A stretch of 64,000 nucleotides of DNA, taken from Felis catus (Eukaryota). A model generated the notes under the pieces. The model ran no database searches, was not told the DNA's origin, and saw only the letters and a program-made list of their open reading frames with translations. Shown piece after piece: positions 1-11,020 of this stretch. Location of the stretch: positions 63,862,001-63,926,000 of the forward strand of contig NC_058368.1 in NCBI RefSeq assembly GCF_018350175.1, in the 5' to 3' direction. How positions within the stretch are numbered: position 1 is the first letter of the stretch; each line of letters starts with the position of its first letter. A program made the translations under genes and the position numbers.

Positions 1-117
1 TCTCTCCTGTTTAATAAGCCGTTAGGGAAACAAAATTTAATTTACAATAGGGTATTTTCATTTTATAATTATTCTGGGGATTAAGACAATACTTAATTTA
101 ATAAAGCATTAACAGAG

Positions 118-370
118 AGCCAGCAAAGTGTAGATATTAAAAGCGCTGGCTCTACTGTCAGACTGGATTTCACAGGTGCTCTGCCACTTACTGGCTATGA
201 GTTTGGGCATTTGATTATTTAATCTCTCCTTTCCTTAGTCTCCTCTGTGGTGAAATGGGGCAATAATACCTACATCATAGAGTTCTCACCATAAAATGAG
301 CTTTCACACTTCGATTAGTGTCTTATACATGTTAAATGTTTAAATCCTACTAATTCTTATCACTACTATA
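118..370 (+). mobile_element. MIR SINE (ancient)
   Basis: ctctgccacttactggcta...tttccttagtctcctctgtggtgaaatggggcaataatacctacatcatag resembles the MIR core. Confidence 0.75.
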
Positions 371-911
371 ATCACTACTAATTATTTATCACAATAAATA
401 ATTATTATTTATGAATGCTTTGTTGATTTCTGTGGTGTTTTAAATGCTCCTAAAGCAAACATACCTTTCCTAATGTGGAATAGAGTTGAAAAAATATTAT
501 AAATTGTCGTTTAATGTAAGCAAATAATTGTAAAGATTTTCCTTGAATGAGGAAAAAAACTGGAATTTTCATAAAACTTTATACAACACTATAATGTGCT
601 TTTAATATTAATTAATTGATATTAATTCATAATATATAAAAATCATTTCATAATCATTCCTAATGTTCAGAAATCATTTAATGATCAAATGATTTCTTGT
701 GAGGAAATCATTTATTTTATAAAATAACACTTTATTTTTTGCTATTAATTACACATAGCATATTATTTATTAATATAATTTAATATTTTAACTTATTAAA
801 AGAACCCAGAACCTGTGTTAATTTCAGTGGTTCAACATCTTCTAAATGGAGCAAATATTACTAAGAAACTCAACTGCACATTGATTCTATACAATTTTAG
901 AAACGAAATGG

Positions 912-1810
912 TTTTTTTTTAACTTTATTGACATATAAATGACAAAATCACATTTTTATTTAAACATTTGATAGAATTCATCAGTGAAAACATTTAGTCC
1001 TGGGCTTTTTGTTTTTCTTTCTTAATTTTTAAATTACCGACTCAGTCTCCTTACTTAATACTGGTCTGTTCAGATTTTCTATTTTTTTCATAATTTAGTT
1101 TTGATAGGTTCTATGTTTCTAGGAATTTACCTGTTTATTTTAGGTTATCCTGTCTGTTTGCATATAATTGTTCATAGCCGTCTCTATGACCCTTAGCATT
1201 TCTATGGTGTCAGTTGTAATGTCTCCTCTTTGACTTACAATTTTATTTGAGTCTATATTTTTTTCTTAGTCTAGCTAAAGATTTGTACATTTTTTTTTCT
1301 TTTCAAAAGTCAGCTCTTAACATCATTGATATTTTCTATTGTTTGTTTGGTTTCCATTTCATTTATTTCTGCTTTGATCTTTGTTATTTCTTCTGGTAAC
1401 TTTGGGCTTAGTTTATTCTCTTTTCCCTCTAGTTTCTTGAGGTGTAAAATGAGGTTGTTTATTTATGACTCCCCCTCCCACCCCACTGCCCTTAATATAG
1501 GTACTTATCACTATAAACTTACTAGCTAGCACTGCTTTTGCTGGATCTCATAAATTTTGGTATGCTTTGTTTTCACAGTTGGGAGTTGGGGTTTCTCTCT
1601 GGATTGTATGGCGCTTTGCCGAAGGTGGGATTTATGATAAGTGTGTGTCTCAGCCTTTCCTGTCGGTTTCAGTATAGGTATTTTCTCATTCACCCAATGT
1701 GCTCAGCTAGTTTCTGGATTTCTTTCAGAGGAAATTTCTCTGGGTAGTTGTACATTTGGTGCATCTGCAGGAGAAGGGGATTCAAGAGTCTCCTACGTTG
1801 CCATCTTAGG
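912..1810 (-). mobile_element. Old L1 (L1M-type) pieces: 3' terminus, ORF2 segment and 5' terminus
   Basis: T-run plus aactttattgacatata (3' end), antisense ORF2 text ~965-1577, and ...ctcctacgttgccatctt (reverse of the AAGATGGC L1 start). Confidence 0.7.
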
Positions 1811-4540
1811 AATTACTACCACAAAAAACTTTTTTTTTTAAAGTCTGTAAGGGTTTAGAAACATAATTTCCAACAGTAAAAGTCCTAATTTGTATTTTTA
1901 AATAGATAATCAGTTTTTCACATCTCTTACCTATGCACTATTAGTAGAGATTCAGCTGGTTGCATTCAAATTACTTTAGAATAGCTATTCAATTCAATTT
2001 TAATACCTATCAAAATTGAGTTTAAGGTGAATTGTACACACTAGTGCACTCTAATTAAAGTATGTTATTGAGATAACTAATACCTCATCACTTCCTCTAT
2101 ACACTTTCACATTTATCTGCATCTGTAGAATTAAAGCATAATAAATTAATCATATGTTTTTAGGTACCTCAATGATATTCTTTCACATGAATTGAAAGGC
2201 AAATTAAAATAGTAGCCTGCATTATTTCTGGTAAGGCACTAATTTTGTTCTTTTTTATACAGTTTCCTAAAAATCACTGTTATATGATTTTGTATAATAG
2301 AGATTGTAAGGCAAGTAGGGTTGAGGCAACACATTACTCTCTCAAGGCTGCATCCTTGATATGGTTCCTACTGTGGGGATAATGGAGAAAATGTACATTC
2401 CAAGGACAGGGGAGAGGGTTAGGATGCTCCAAATGTCTGGGTCCAGCTCACATGTCAGCCTACAGTCATGTCCTCTCAATGACCACCTCCAACGTTCCCC
2501 AAGATGGTGTTATCTCTGAGGCAAACTTTTTTTTTTTTTTATGAGCTTTCATTCATGTGTATTTTTGCATTTGACTGCCACAGAATAAAAGGCTATGACT
2601 CAAGGTTATAAATCAACCACCTATGGACACATTTTATGGGTAGTCATTGAAAGTACATCCATAATATATTTAAAGATACCATTTTAACCTTTGCCTAATT
2701 TTTATTTAACTTATGTAGAGAGATAGTGTTTAACTTGGGATTAGTATGTTATTCAAATGGACTCATTCTTCTGAGAAGTAAAACCGAAGTTCCACATGAG
2801 AAAATGGAAAGGCGTAAGAATTAAATTAGTAATAATTGAAGGGGAAAGATACAAGTTTCCAGGGTAAAAGACATCTCAGAAAAAGTCCAATCATAGTGGG
2901 CCAACCAGAAGTAGAAAAACCTATAAGCTAATAAAGAAGGAAAGGAAGATTTCATGAGATCACGAGAGGCCATCCAATCCAAGTCATCATCGTATGCAAA
3001 GATCACGTCAGAACGTTTTACCTGCTTAACTCTGCACGCTAGGTAGTGATAGGGAGGTTGCTGTGACAGAATGGTGGCAGTAGTATGTAGCCGTAATTAG
3101 TGGGTTCTCCTCCCAGTACGAGGCCCATTGAGTTCTTTTCAGATGTGGAAAGAGGCAAACGTTTTTTGGCCAGAGAGGTAAGCCAAAGGTTCTATTGTCC
3201 AGTGATTTTCTCCTCAAATACATGCTATAGTATATAGAGATAGTTCTATAACATGGTTGGCCTCTGCTGGTAAGAATTTTCTTCACATGCTTGATTAGAT
3301 CTGAATCCTTTATCTTTTGGAGATTTGCCCCCTGCACTTGTGGATCATGGGGGCAGGGGAGGTCCAGTTTGGCCCTTTGATAATGTCTCTGGAGCTTGAA
3401 ATGATTTCCAGTGGTGAGGGTCAGTCATGACCCAGGTACCTCATATGAGGTAAGCCTAAATATTTTTAAGAAACACATTAGACAACAAGCTTGTATAATT
3501 TAAAGATCAATATTTCCTAAGGCTTTGGTATTGCATCCAGTGTTGCATGATTAATTTGTGCTTTTATCTATGTGAGAAAGATTATAGTCTGATTTTCTTG
3601 TGAATAAGTACTGTTAACCATGATGGTTTATTTCTACCTAATTTCCTAAGAGAGGAATAATTATTAAATGTCTTGTGAAGATCTGAAGGCCTATAAAGGG
3701 AAATCTGGACAAAGATCTCCTGGAACAGTGGTGCATCATGCTTGTGGATAGTTCTAGGTGTTTGAAAATTCACGGTACCATAGATTGTAATGTTCTGAAG
3801 ATAGGGACTAAGTCTTGGACATCTTAAATTTCAGATATTTGAAGGCTATTATTATTATTATTTTTTGCCTGTTTTCCTGACATCTTCTTTCCAGACTATT
3901 CATTCCTGTTTTATTCAATTCTTTATGGGCTTTCCTGTTAGGATCACTGTTTTAATTACACAACTCTGTCTGGCTCTTCTGGAGAACTTGCTGACTCAAG
4001 ATGGAGTTAGCCAGACAGGAGGAAGCTTGGGGGTATTGGTGATGGATACTGGGCATGGATCTTTTCATTTTCTCACCGTCCCAGTCACATGCTCCTCCTT
4101 CTTCAGGGATCTGGCATCTGGAAGATTCCTGCCTGTGGCCTCAGGCCTCTGCCAAACGCACTTTTTCTGGAAAACAAATAATGGAAGGGCAGGTTTCCAA
4201 ACCTTTAATTTCTTCCTCATTCAGTTTTTGTGTCATGTGTGCATTTGCTTTGTTAAGTTATTGATGTTTCTCTGAGCGAACAGAGCTTTTATATCAATAA
4301 CATGAGCTTTTGTCTCCTGGGAATACGAGGGTTTTAATAATACCCAGTGATTTTTAAAAAAATGTTCTGAAGCATTTTTGATTGAATTTTGAAGTGTGTA
4401 ACTGTTCATATGCATCACTGATATTTTTGGGTGGTTTGGAATAATTCTCCATCTCAAATGGAATAAATTCTCTCTAAATTGGACACTGTATAAAACCATA
4501 TTTCCTTTTATTGATTAAGTTCAAGAAGTATATGATATTT

Positions 4541-4750
4541 TTTAAAATTTTTAATGTTTTTATTTATTCTTGAGAGAGAGAGAGAGAGAGCGAGAGAGCA
4601 CAAGCAGGGGAGGGGCAGAGAGAGAGGGAGACACAGAATTCCAAGCAGGCTCCAGGCTCTGAGCGGTCAGCGGGGCTCGAACTCACGAGCCATGAGATCG
4701 TGATCTGAGCTGACTCGGACGCTCAACCAACTGAGCCACCCAGGTGCCCC
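4541..4750 (-). mobile_element. Can-SINE (SINEC_Fc-like) inserted in the retrocopy
   Basis: Ends ccacccaggtgcccc, (GA)n and T-tail; TSD atgatattt at 4532-4540 and 4752-4760. Confidence 0.95.
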
Positions 4751-5658
4751 AATGATATTTCTGCAGGAATTGTTGCCTCTCCCTTTCTGAGTGTTTTCTG
4801 AATATAGCAAAGCTTTCTTGATTGGAAATTTTTCAAATGGTTTTTAAGTGCATGGATTATCTTAGCCTCTGCAGTTAATTTTGTGTATGCTTGTGTTCCT
4901 CGAGAGTTTGTAAACCGGTACTAAACTCAGTCCCCGTAAATCAACAATCTTTTGGCTTCACCAATTAAAAAGTCTCCATTTTCTGATGTGTCCATTATAT
5001 CCAATTTCATGATTGCACAATCCATGCTGTCTTCCTCAAGAACAGCAGCCCAATTGCTCATCTCTAGCCAACTGTTCACCTAGAGGCTTGATCTGACTCT
5101 CTTTATTATTAAGGACTCACTCCATGGGCAGACTTTTATATTATTTTTTTCTCTTTAGTAAATTTCCCCACTCTCTGCTTCTGTTTTTGAGATTCGCATG
5201 AAAGCAATTTTACGCTTTTCCGAAGACTAGAATTTACCTCTAAAGGTTTTGTTAGTGCTGTCTGAAGCTTTTCTCCATTCTTTGGCTGGATTGTGAAGGC
5301 TGTTTTGGTTGCCACTTTGCTGAGTTAGCTTTGATGCTCCTTCGAAGGAGTTAGTCTTGCTTATAATGTCAACCATCATCTGAACTTGTAACCATTTATA
5401 TTTTTCTCTTTTCCAATGCTTCCTAGAAGTACCTGGTTTAAGTTCAAGTAAAGAATGGTAGCTTCCTAGCTCTTTATTCGTGGTCTTCATGTTTACTATG
5501 TCCTATAGAAAGTTTTAAAGTTTGCTTCCAAAATAGTTGATTTAAGGTCTCCAAACTCTTTTACAAAGTGACAAATATTCTCAACTTGATATTTTTTCTC
5601 CAGAGGGACAGACATTCCAGTGGCCATTACTTTGTTTCACCTTGCATAAAAACAAAAG

Positions 5659-5856
5659 GTTTTTTTTTAAGTTTATTTATTTTTGAGACAGAGAGCACAA
5701 GCAGGGGAGGGGCAGAGAGAGAGGAGGGCAGAGGATCTGAAGTGGGCTCCACGCTGACAGCAGCGAGCCCGATGCCGGGGCTTGAACTCACAAACCATGA
5801 GATCACGACCTGAGCCAAAGTCGGTCGCTTAACCAACTGAGCCACGCAGGCACCCC
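5659..5856 (-). mobile_element. Can-SINE inserted in the retrocopy
   Basis: Typical tRNA-derived head (aggcacccc) and tttatttattttgaga tail; degenerate TSD cataa.aacaa. Confidence 0.95.
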
Positions 5857-7794
5857 ATAACAACAAGTTTTAACCACGAACACCCCCATCCTGACTGTAA
5901 CAACCACCACGTGTCACAGTGTTCCCTGGGCTGCTGCACCTGGTACAACCCCCACTGCTGGGCCTGGAGCCTCCAAGATCAACATTGCACCGAGCACTGT
6001 GGCCGTCAGTGGAACTTCTGTGGACCCAAAGGCCATTAATGGCACACCTCAGGTTGCCATGACTCTGTGGCCACAACATAGCACACAGCTCTGAATTGAC
6101 AGTTCTGCCCAGAATGTCTTGAGTGCCTAAAGCCCAGGGCAGACCTCAATGGAGGTGGTGGAAGGGACAAACAAGTGTCTACCACACTTTGCCACATCTT
6201 AACCCACAAAGACAATGGTCATATCACATGGCCCTGGTGGTATAGACTATGGTCTGTAGGCTGGGGCAATTGCTTAGCAGCTCTGGGCATCTGAGACCTT
6301 CCCTGGCTGCCCCAAGAACTACGCAGGGAAATGTCTCTCCATATCTGTAATTATTCTTATTTGGGAGGCTGCACAGTGGAGGGTTGCATGTCTCCATGGC
6401 CACTTCTATAAACTTTTCATTTTGTGTCTTTGAAGACCTAATCCAGCTGATGATCAGAAAAGAGTCTCTCAGGGCTCCCCTTGGAATGTTTCTAGGTGGC
6501 CTTGAATGTGTGTGGGCAAGCATGTGAGATGTATTAGGAGAGGCTCTGGGTAGGGTCTCTTCCATTTTCACATTTAACAACTAAGGAAAAAATAAGAGGA
6601 CTTTTCAAAGTCTTCCATCTCAGGAATGTTCAATCTAACCATGGGATGTTTTGCTCGTCTCCCATTTTTCTCCTGGGACTGTGCCCTTAGGGCCTGCATG
6701 GACAAGGATGGCTGGAGGCTGACGTCTGACTCTTCAACAGCTGTCATTTGAGAAAGGTAGAATCTCCCACTTTAAAAACTGAAGCTTCTGGCTTCCTTCT
6801 TCTATTTTCAGGCACTCTGTGTGTTCATTTGGAGACTAGAATAAGCAGATGAGACACTGTTGCAATTACTACTGCAACTATTGTAAAACCACCAAGGCAA
6901 ATGAAAACAGGGATAGAAATAGAAAGCCCCATCCAGTGCATGGTGGATAGAAGAGGGTCAGTGTTAACCTATGTCCTAAATTCTTCAATGACCTTTGAGC
7001 TGTCTCTGTCTGTATGATATGGACAGTCTGATTTGAAGAAGATCTCACCTTACTCCATCAATCAGCAGTCGATGTGATACTGGGTACCACACCGGGCAAG
7101 GCCCTGTGATTGTCAAGGTGACCTCCAGGTTTGATCTAGGGGTAGGAAACCTTTACAATCCAAGTGGATAGAGAAGGATTGTAACTGGATTCTCCCATAT
7201 TGCCAAACGCTATGTAGTTATAATCCCCCTCAATAAAGTAGTATGTCTAAAAAATATATCCAAAAAATTAAAAGAAGGCAAAACATTACCCTGTACTGTT
7301 TTGATAGTTTAATAGGACAAACCACCTGAGTCATCACTAGGTATAAGTAAGTTTTTCTTTTTTACTTACTGTTTTTCTCACTATAAAGGCCATACTATTC
7401 TCTGTAAAGTTAGATATCAATTTGCAGAAGATTAATACATTGTAAATAATTTTTGCCCTATTGAATTACAAGTTATTTTTTTTCTGATTGAGAAAAACCC
7501 CAAAAAGCCATTATTTTATTTACCTGAAAAGTATTAACCTTATCTTTTATTATTATAACATTAGAATAATATTCTACTGTTCTTTTTTTCAGTGACCATA
7601 ATGCTAATCTCTTTCCAGCAGCTTTATTGCTGTGTTTATTCCCTCATTAAGGAATTGAACAAGCCTTTCGCAATAGCTCTTTATATATTAGCTTTAGAGG
7701 CATATTTTTTATCTTTTTGAAAATTATACTTTAATGCATCGAGAAAAAAAGACACTGAAAACATTATTGCTTATAATGGGCAATTTTTTTTTTT

Positions 7795-8290
7795 TTTTGG
7801 TGGGAAGTGACAGAACCTCAAATTCATTGAAAACTTCCTAAGGGAAGGAGTGGATGTTAGACCATATAACTAAAAGGTCAAATGGTACAGATAACTGAAG
7901 TTCTGATTTGATCTAGTTCCTCGTGAATGTTATCAGGGTTCTTGCCTACTTGTCAGTGAAGCTTTCGTCCACCTTAGTTTGGTCCTCAGTCAGGCTGTCC
8001 CCAGGTGGTAACAACGTAGGCCACAAAACGTCTAAGGTCATCACCTTCTAGTTTAACTGGCAAGAAGAAATAGTACTTATTTCTCATTGATCAAAATCCC
8101 TATCCTCTTGCTCATCACTATGATTTTGGGCCTTTTCTTCTTCTGGAGGCATCTATTGGCCCCCTGACTAGCCACCTTTGGGTCATTTTCCCACCCTGGA
8201 GCCATAAATGGGATGAGCTCACCTAAACATGTCAAGAAAGAGTTGGAGAGAGTATTTCCAGAGGATGAGTACAGGACAGCAATAAAAGCA
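7795..8290 (-). mobile_element. MaLR LTR (MLT1J/K/L-like), old
   Basis: tggtgggaagtgacagaacctcaaattc...cataTAACTaaaaggtc and later gggtcattttcccaccctggagcc resemble reverse-complement MLT1 LTR text. Confidence 0.55.
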
Positions 8291-8423
8291 GGAAGAAAAA
8301 AAAGAAACGAAACGAAGAGGTATACCTTATATTAATAAAAGTTGTCATATATGTTAGGAATGTGCTAAGGAGCATCAACATACATGTAAATAAATTAAGA
8401 TCTGAGCAAAATAGAAAAAAATA

Positions 8424-8642
8424 GGGGCGCCTGGGTGGCGCAGTCGGTTAAGCATCCGACTTCAGCCAGGTCACAATCTGGAGGTCCGTGAGTTCGAGCC
8501 CCGCGTCAGGCTCTGGGCTGATGGCTCAGAGCCTGGAGCCTGTTTCCGATTCTGTGTCTCCCTCTCTCTCTGCCCCTCCCCCGTTCATGCTCTGTCTCTC
8601 TCTGTCCCAAAAATAAATAAACGTTGAAAAAAAAATTAAAAA
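8424..8642 (+). mobile_element. Young SINEC_Fc
   Basis: ggggcgcctgggtggcgcagtcggttaag head with CpGs intact; perfect 16-bp TSD aaaatagaaaaaaata at 8408-8423 and 8643-8658. Confidence 0.97.
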
Positions 8643-8829
8643 AAAATAGAAAAAAATATACAAATTAAAGATAAAACAGAGATAGAAAAAATGTTAGAAC
8701 TATTACATAATTCCAAAATTACGATGGAGTTACTAGAAGTATTTGCTTTAAATTCACAAATAGACATCTCTATCATGTGTTACACCTTCCGAGGTAATGT
8801 TTACATAAAGGCACTAATTGATACAATTA

Positions 8830-9722
8830 GGCAACACATCAATAAAAAATAACCTAATAAAAATAGGCAGAGAGTTCAGGCATTCTCCAAAGAAGGTATG
8901 GCTAACAGAACATATCACAAGATGTTCTACATACTTAGTAATTAGGGACATGTAAATCAAACCACAGTGAGACAATGAGATAGCACTTCACATACCTCTA
9001 CGATGGTTATGGTATAAACAGTCAACAGTAACAGTGTGGTGAGGCCATGGAGAAATTTGGACACTCATGCATTGCTAGAGGGACTGTAAAATGGTGCAGC
9101 CACTTGAGACAAGTTAGGCAATTCTGTATAGAGTTAAACATAGATTACTGCATGACCTAGCCATTCCAGGCTAAGGTGTATACCTAAAAGCACTCAATAC
9201 ATATATTTATAAAAAACATACATAGATATTCATGGCAGCTTTATTTATAGTAGCCAAAAAGTGGAAATGACCTGAATGTTCATCAGTTGCTGAATGGATA
9301 AATAAAATGTCATATAGCCATACAATGGGATATTTTTTATAATAAAATAGGAATGAAGTATTATTACATGCTACAGTATGATTGAACCTTGAAAACATTA
9401 TGCTATGTGAAAGAAGTCACAAAAGACCACATTTCATAAGACGCTGATCATGTTAAATGTCCAGAATAGCAAATCCATTGACCCAGAAAGTAAATTAGTG
9501 GTTATCAGGGGTTGGGGGTGGGGAGCAGAGGGAATGAAGAATTACTGCTAATGTGTACAGGATTGTTCTTGCAGGGAAAAGTGATAAAAATATTGTAAAA
9601 TTACATAATGATGATGGCTGCGCATCTCTGTCAACATGGTGAAATTCACCGAACTGCACATTTCAAAAGGGTGAATTTTATGGAACATCGATTGTATAAC
9701 AATAAAGCTGTTATAAAAAAGT
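8830..9722 (+). mobile_element. L1MB-like 3' end
   Basis: ORF2 C-terminal and 3'UTR text (aaatggtgcagccactt, catggcagctttattt, attgaaccttgaaaacattatgct) ending caataaagctgttataaaaaa. Confidence 0.85.
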
Positions 9723-10189
9723 TATAATGTATCATTTTGAAAATTGACTCCTACAAAAGGAAACCCAGCATATTCCAGGGAATAATTTTCATTTATAGAT
9801 TTGTCCTTTTTGTTGGCATATGCTTCTTGAGGCTTTGGGAACTTGTAGGGACAATGTGTCTTTTCATTTGTCATGTACATGACCCACTAAGAGTTTTTTG
9901 GAGATATTTTATCATTAATGCTTCAAGGTCCTTCACAGAAAAAAAAATCCCCACATTAAAGGTGTTGTTTTCTCCACAGATAGTAATCTTTATGACCTTG
10001 AAAGACTGCCTTTCTCATTGGAGAAATTTTGAGGTCAGATAAAAATGAAAAGATAGCTAATCTCATTCATTTATCCAGACCTCCACCAAAAACACTTTGT
10101 GAGAGTTTTCAGTGCACGAGGGCACTGCTAGACATTGGGTGTAGGCATCCAGCTACATGGTTGGAACTGACAGTAGACTGACTTTTCCA

Positions 10190-10518
10190 AACCATCATAG
10201 TGTCTATTCTCCAAACAGAAGTCAGAATAATCTTAACAAAGCATAAAATAGATTATGCTTGAAATCCTTCATTGGCTTCCTGTTGACCTTAGAATAAAAT
10301 CTAAAGCCTTTATACTGATCTTTAGTGCTTTGCACATCTGCCCTTTGGTGTCACTATACTCTCATCTCACACCACTCTTAAAAATTCTTTGCTCTAGGGG
10401 CACCTGGGTGCTCAGTCGGTTGAGCATCTGACTCTTGATTTCAGCTCAGGTCATGATCCCAAGGTCTTGAGATCAAGCCCTGTATTGGGCTCCACACTGG
10501 GTATGTAGCCTGCTTAAG

Positions 10519-10569
<51 letters not shown>

Positions 10570-11020
10570 CCTCTTCCCTCCTTGTGCTCTCTATCTCAAA
10601 TTCTTTGCTCTAGTCATTCTAGAGTTCTCTTGTTTCCTTTAGCATACAATCCTCTTTCTTGACTCTTGTCAGTTAGATTTTTCTGAAAGTAGACTCTTTT
10701 CTAACCATGCCTCCCAACACCTGCATCTAGTGAACGCTGATGCTGCTTCTCATTTGGTCTTATATTGGATGCCACTAACCCTGGGAAGCTTCCCCTAGCC
10801 TCTGTAGAAAAGGTTGGGTAACTTTGTAGTATATACTAGTACACTAAAATTTTTCCTTTATAGCATTTTGTGGATATTCTGTTATTTGAATATTCATTTA
10901 TATTTTATATCGATTTTATGTGCCAAGAGGACAGAGACTGTCGGTTGTGTTCATCACGGTATCTCTAGAGTCTAAGTCTCGATGGGCATGTGTTCCCTGA
11001 TGAATACCTGTTAATCAACA
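10190..11020 (+). mobile_element. L2 3' fragments (split by a SINE)
   Basis: cagaataatctt...aatccttcattggcttcc...agaataaaatctaaa and ...gaggacagagactgtc...gttcatc L2-like motifs. Confidence 0.6.
10397..10597 (+). mobile_element. Can-SINE lacking an A-tail
   Basis: ggggcacctgggtg head and long (CT)n; 15-bp TSD aaattctttgctcta at 10382-10396 and 10598-10612. Confidence 0.93.

Larger units (their letters stand above)
3450..6060 (-). pseudogene. Processed pseudogene (retrocopy) of MIA2/cTAGE5, heavily diverged, antisense in the GPC5 intron, interrupted by two SINEs
   Basis: Manual minus-strand translation across frameshifts gives colinear blocks resembling recalled cTAGE5: KTAFTIQPKNGEKLQTALTKPLEVNSSLRKSVKLL (vs [36 protein letters not shown]), VLNNKESQIKPL / LEMSNWAAVLEEDS...SENG (vs VLNDKESHIKTL..LKMKDWAAMLGEDI...SENG), SQETKAH..AQRNINNLTK / ANAHMTQKL (vs SHEKKAH..AERNLNDLRKENAHNRQKL), AFGRG, and ESASSPEEPDRV (vs DSALPPQRQDRF). 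No introns, many stops. The core ~3950-5650 is solid; the ends are uncertain. Confidence 0.85.

Noticed and set aside
3865..4275. 136-aa plus-strand ORF
   Set aside because: It has a non-ATG start and is the antisense shadow of the cTAGE5-like retrocopy.
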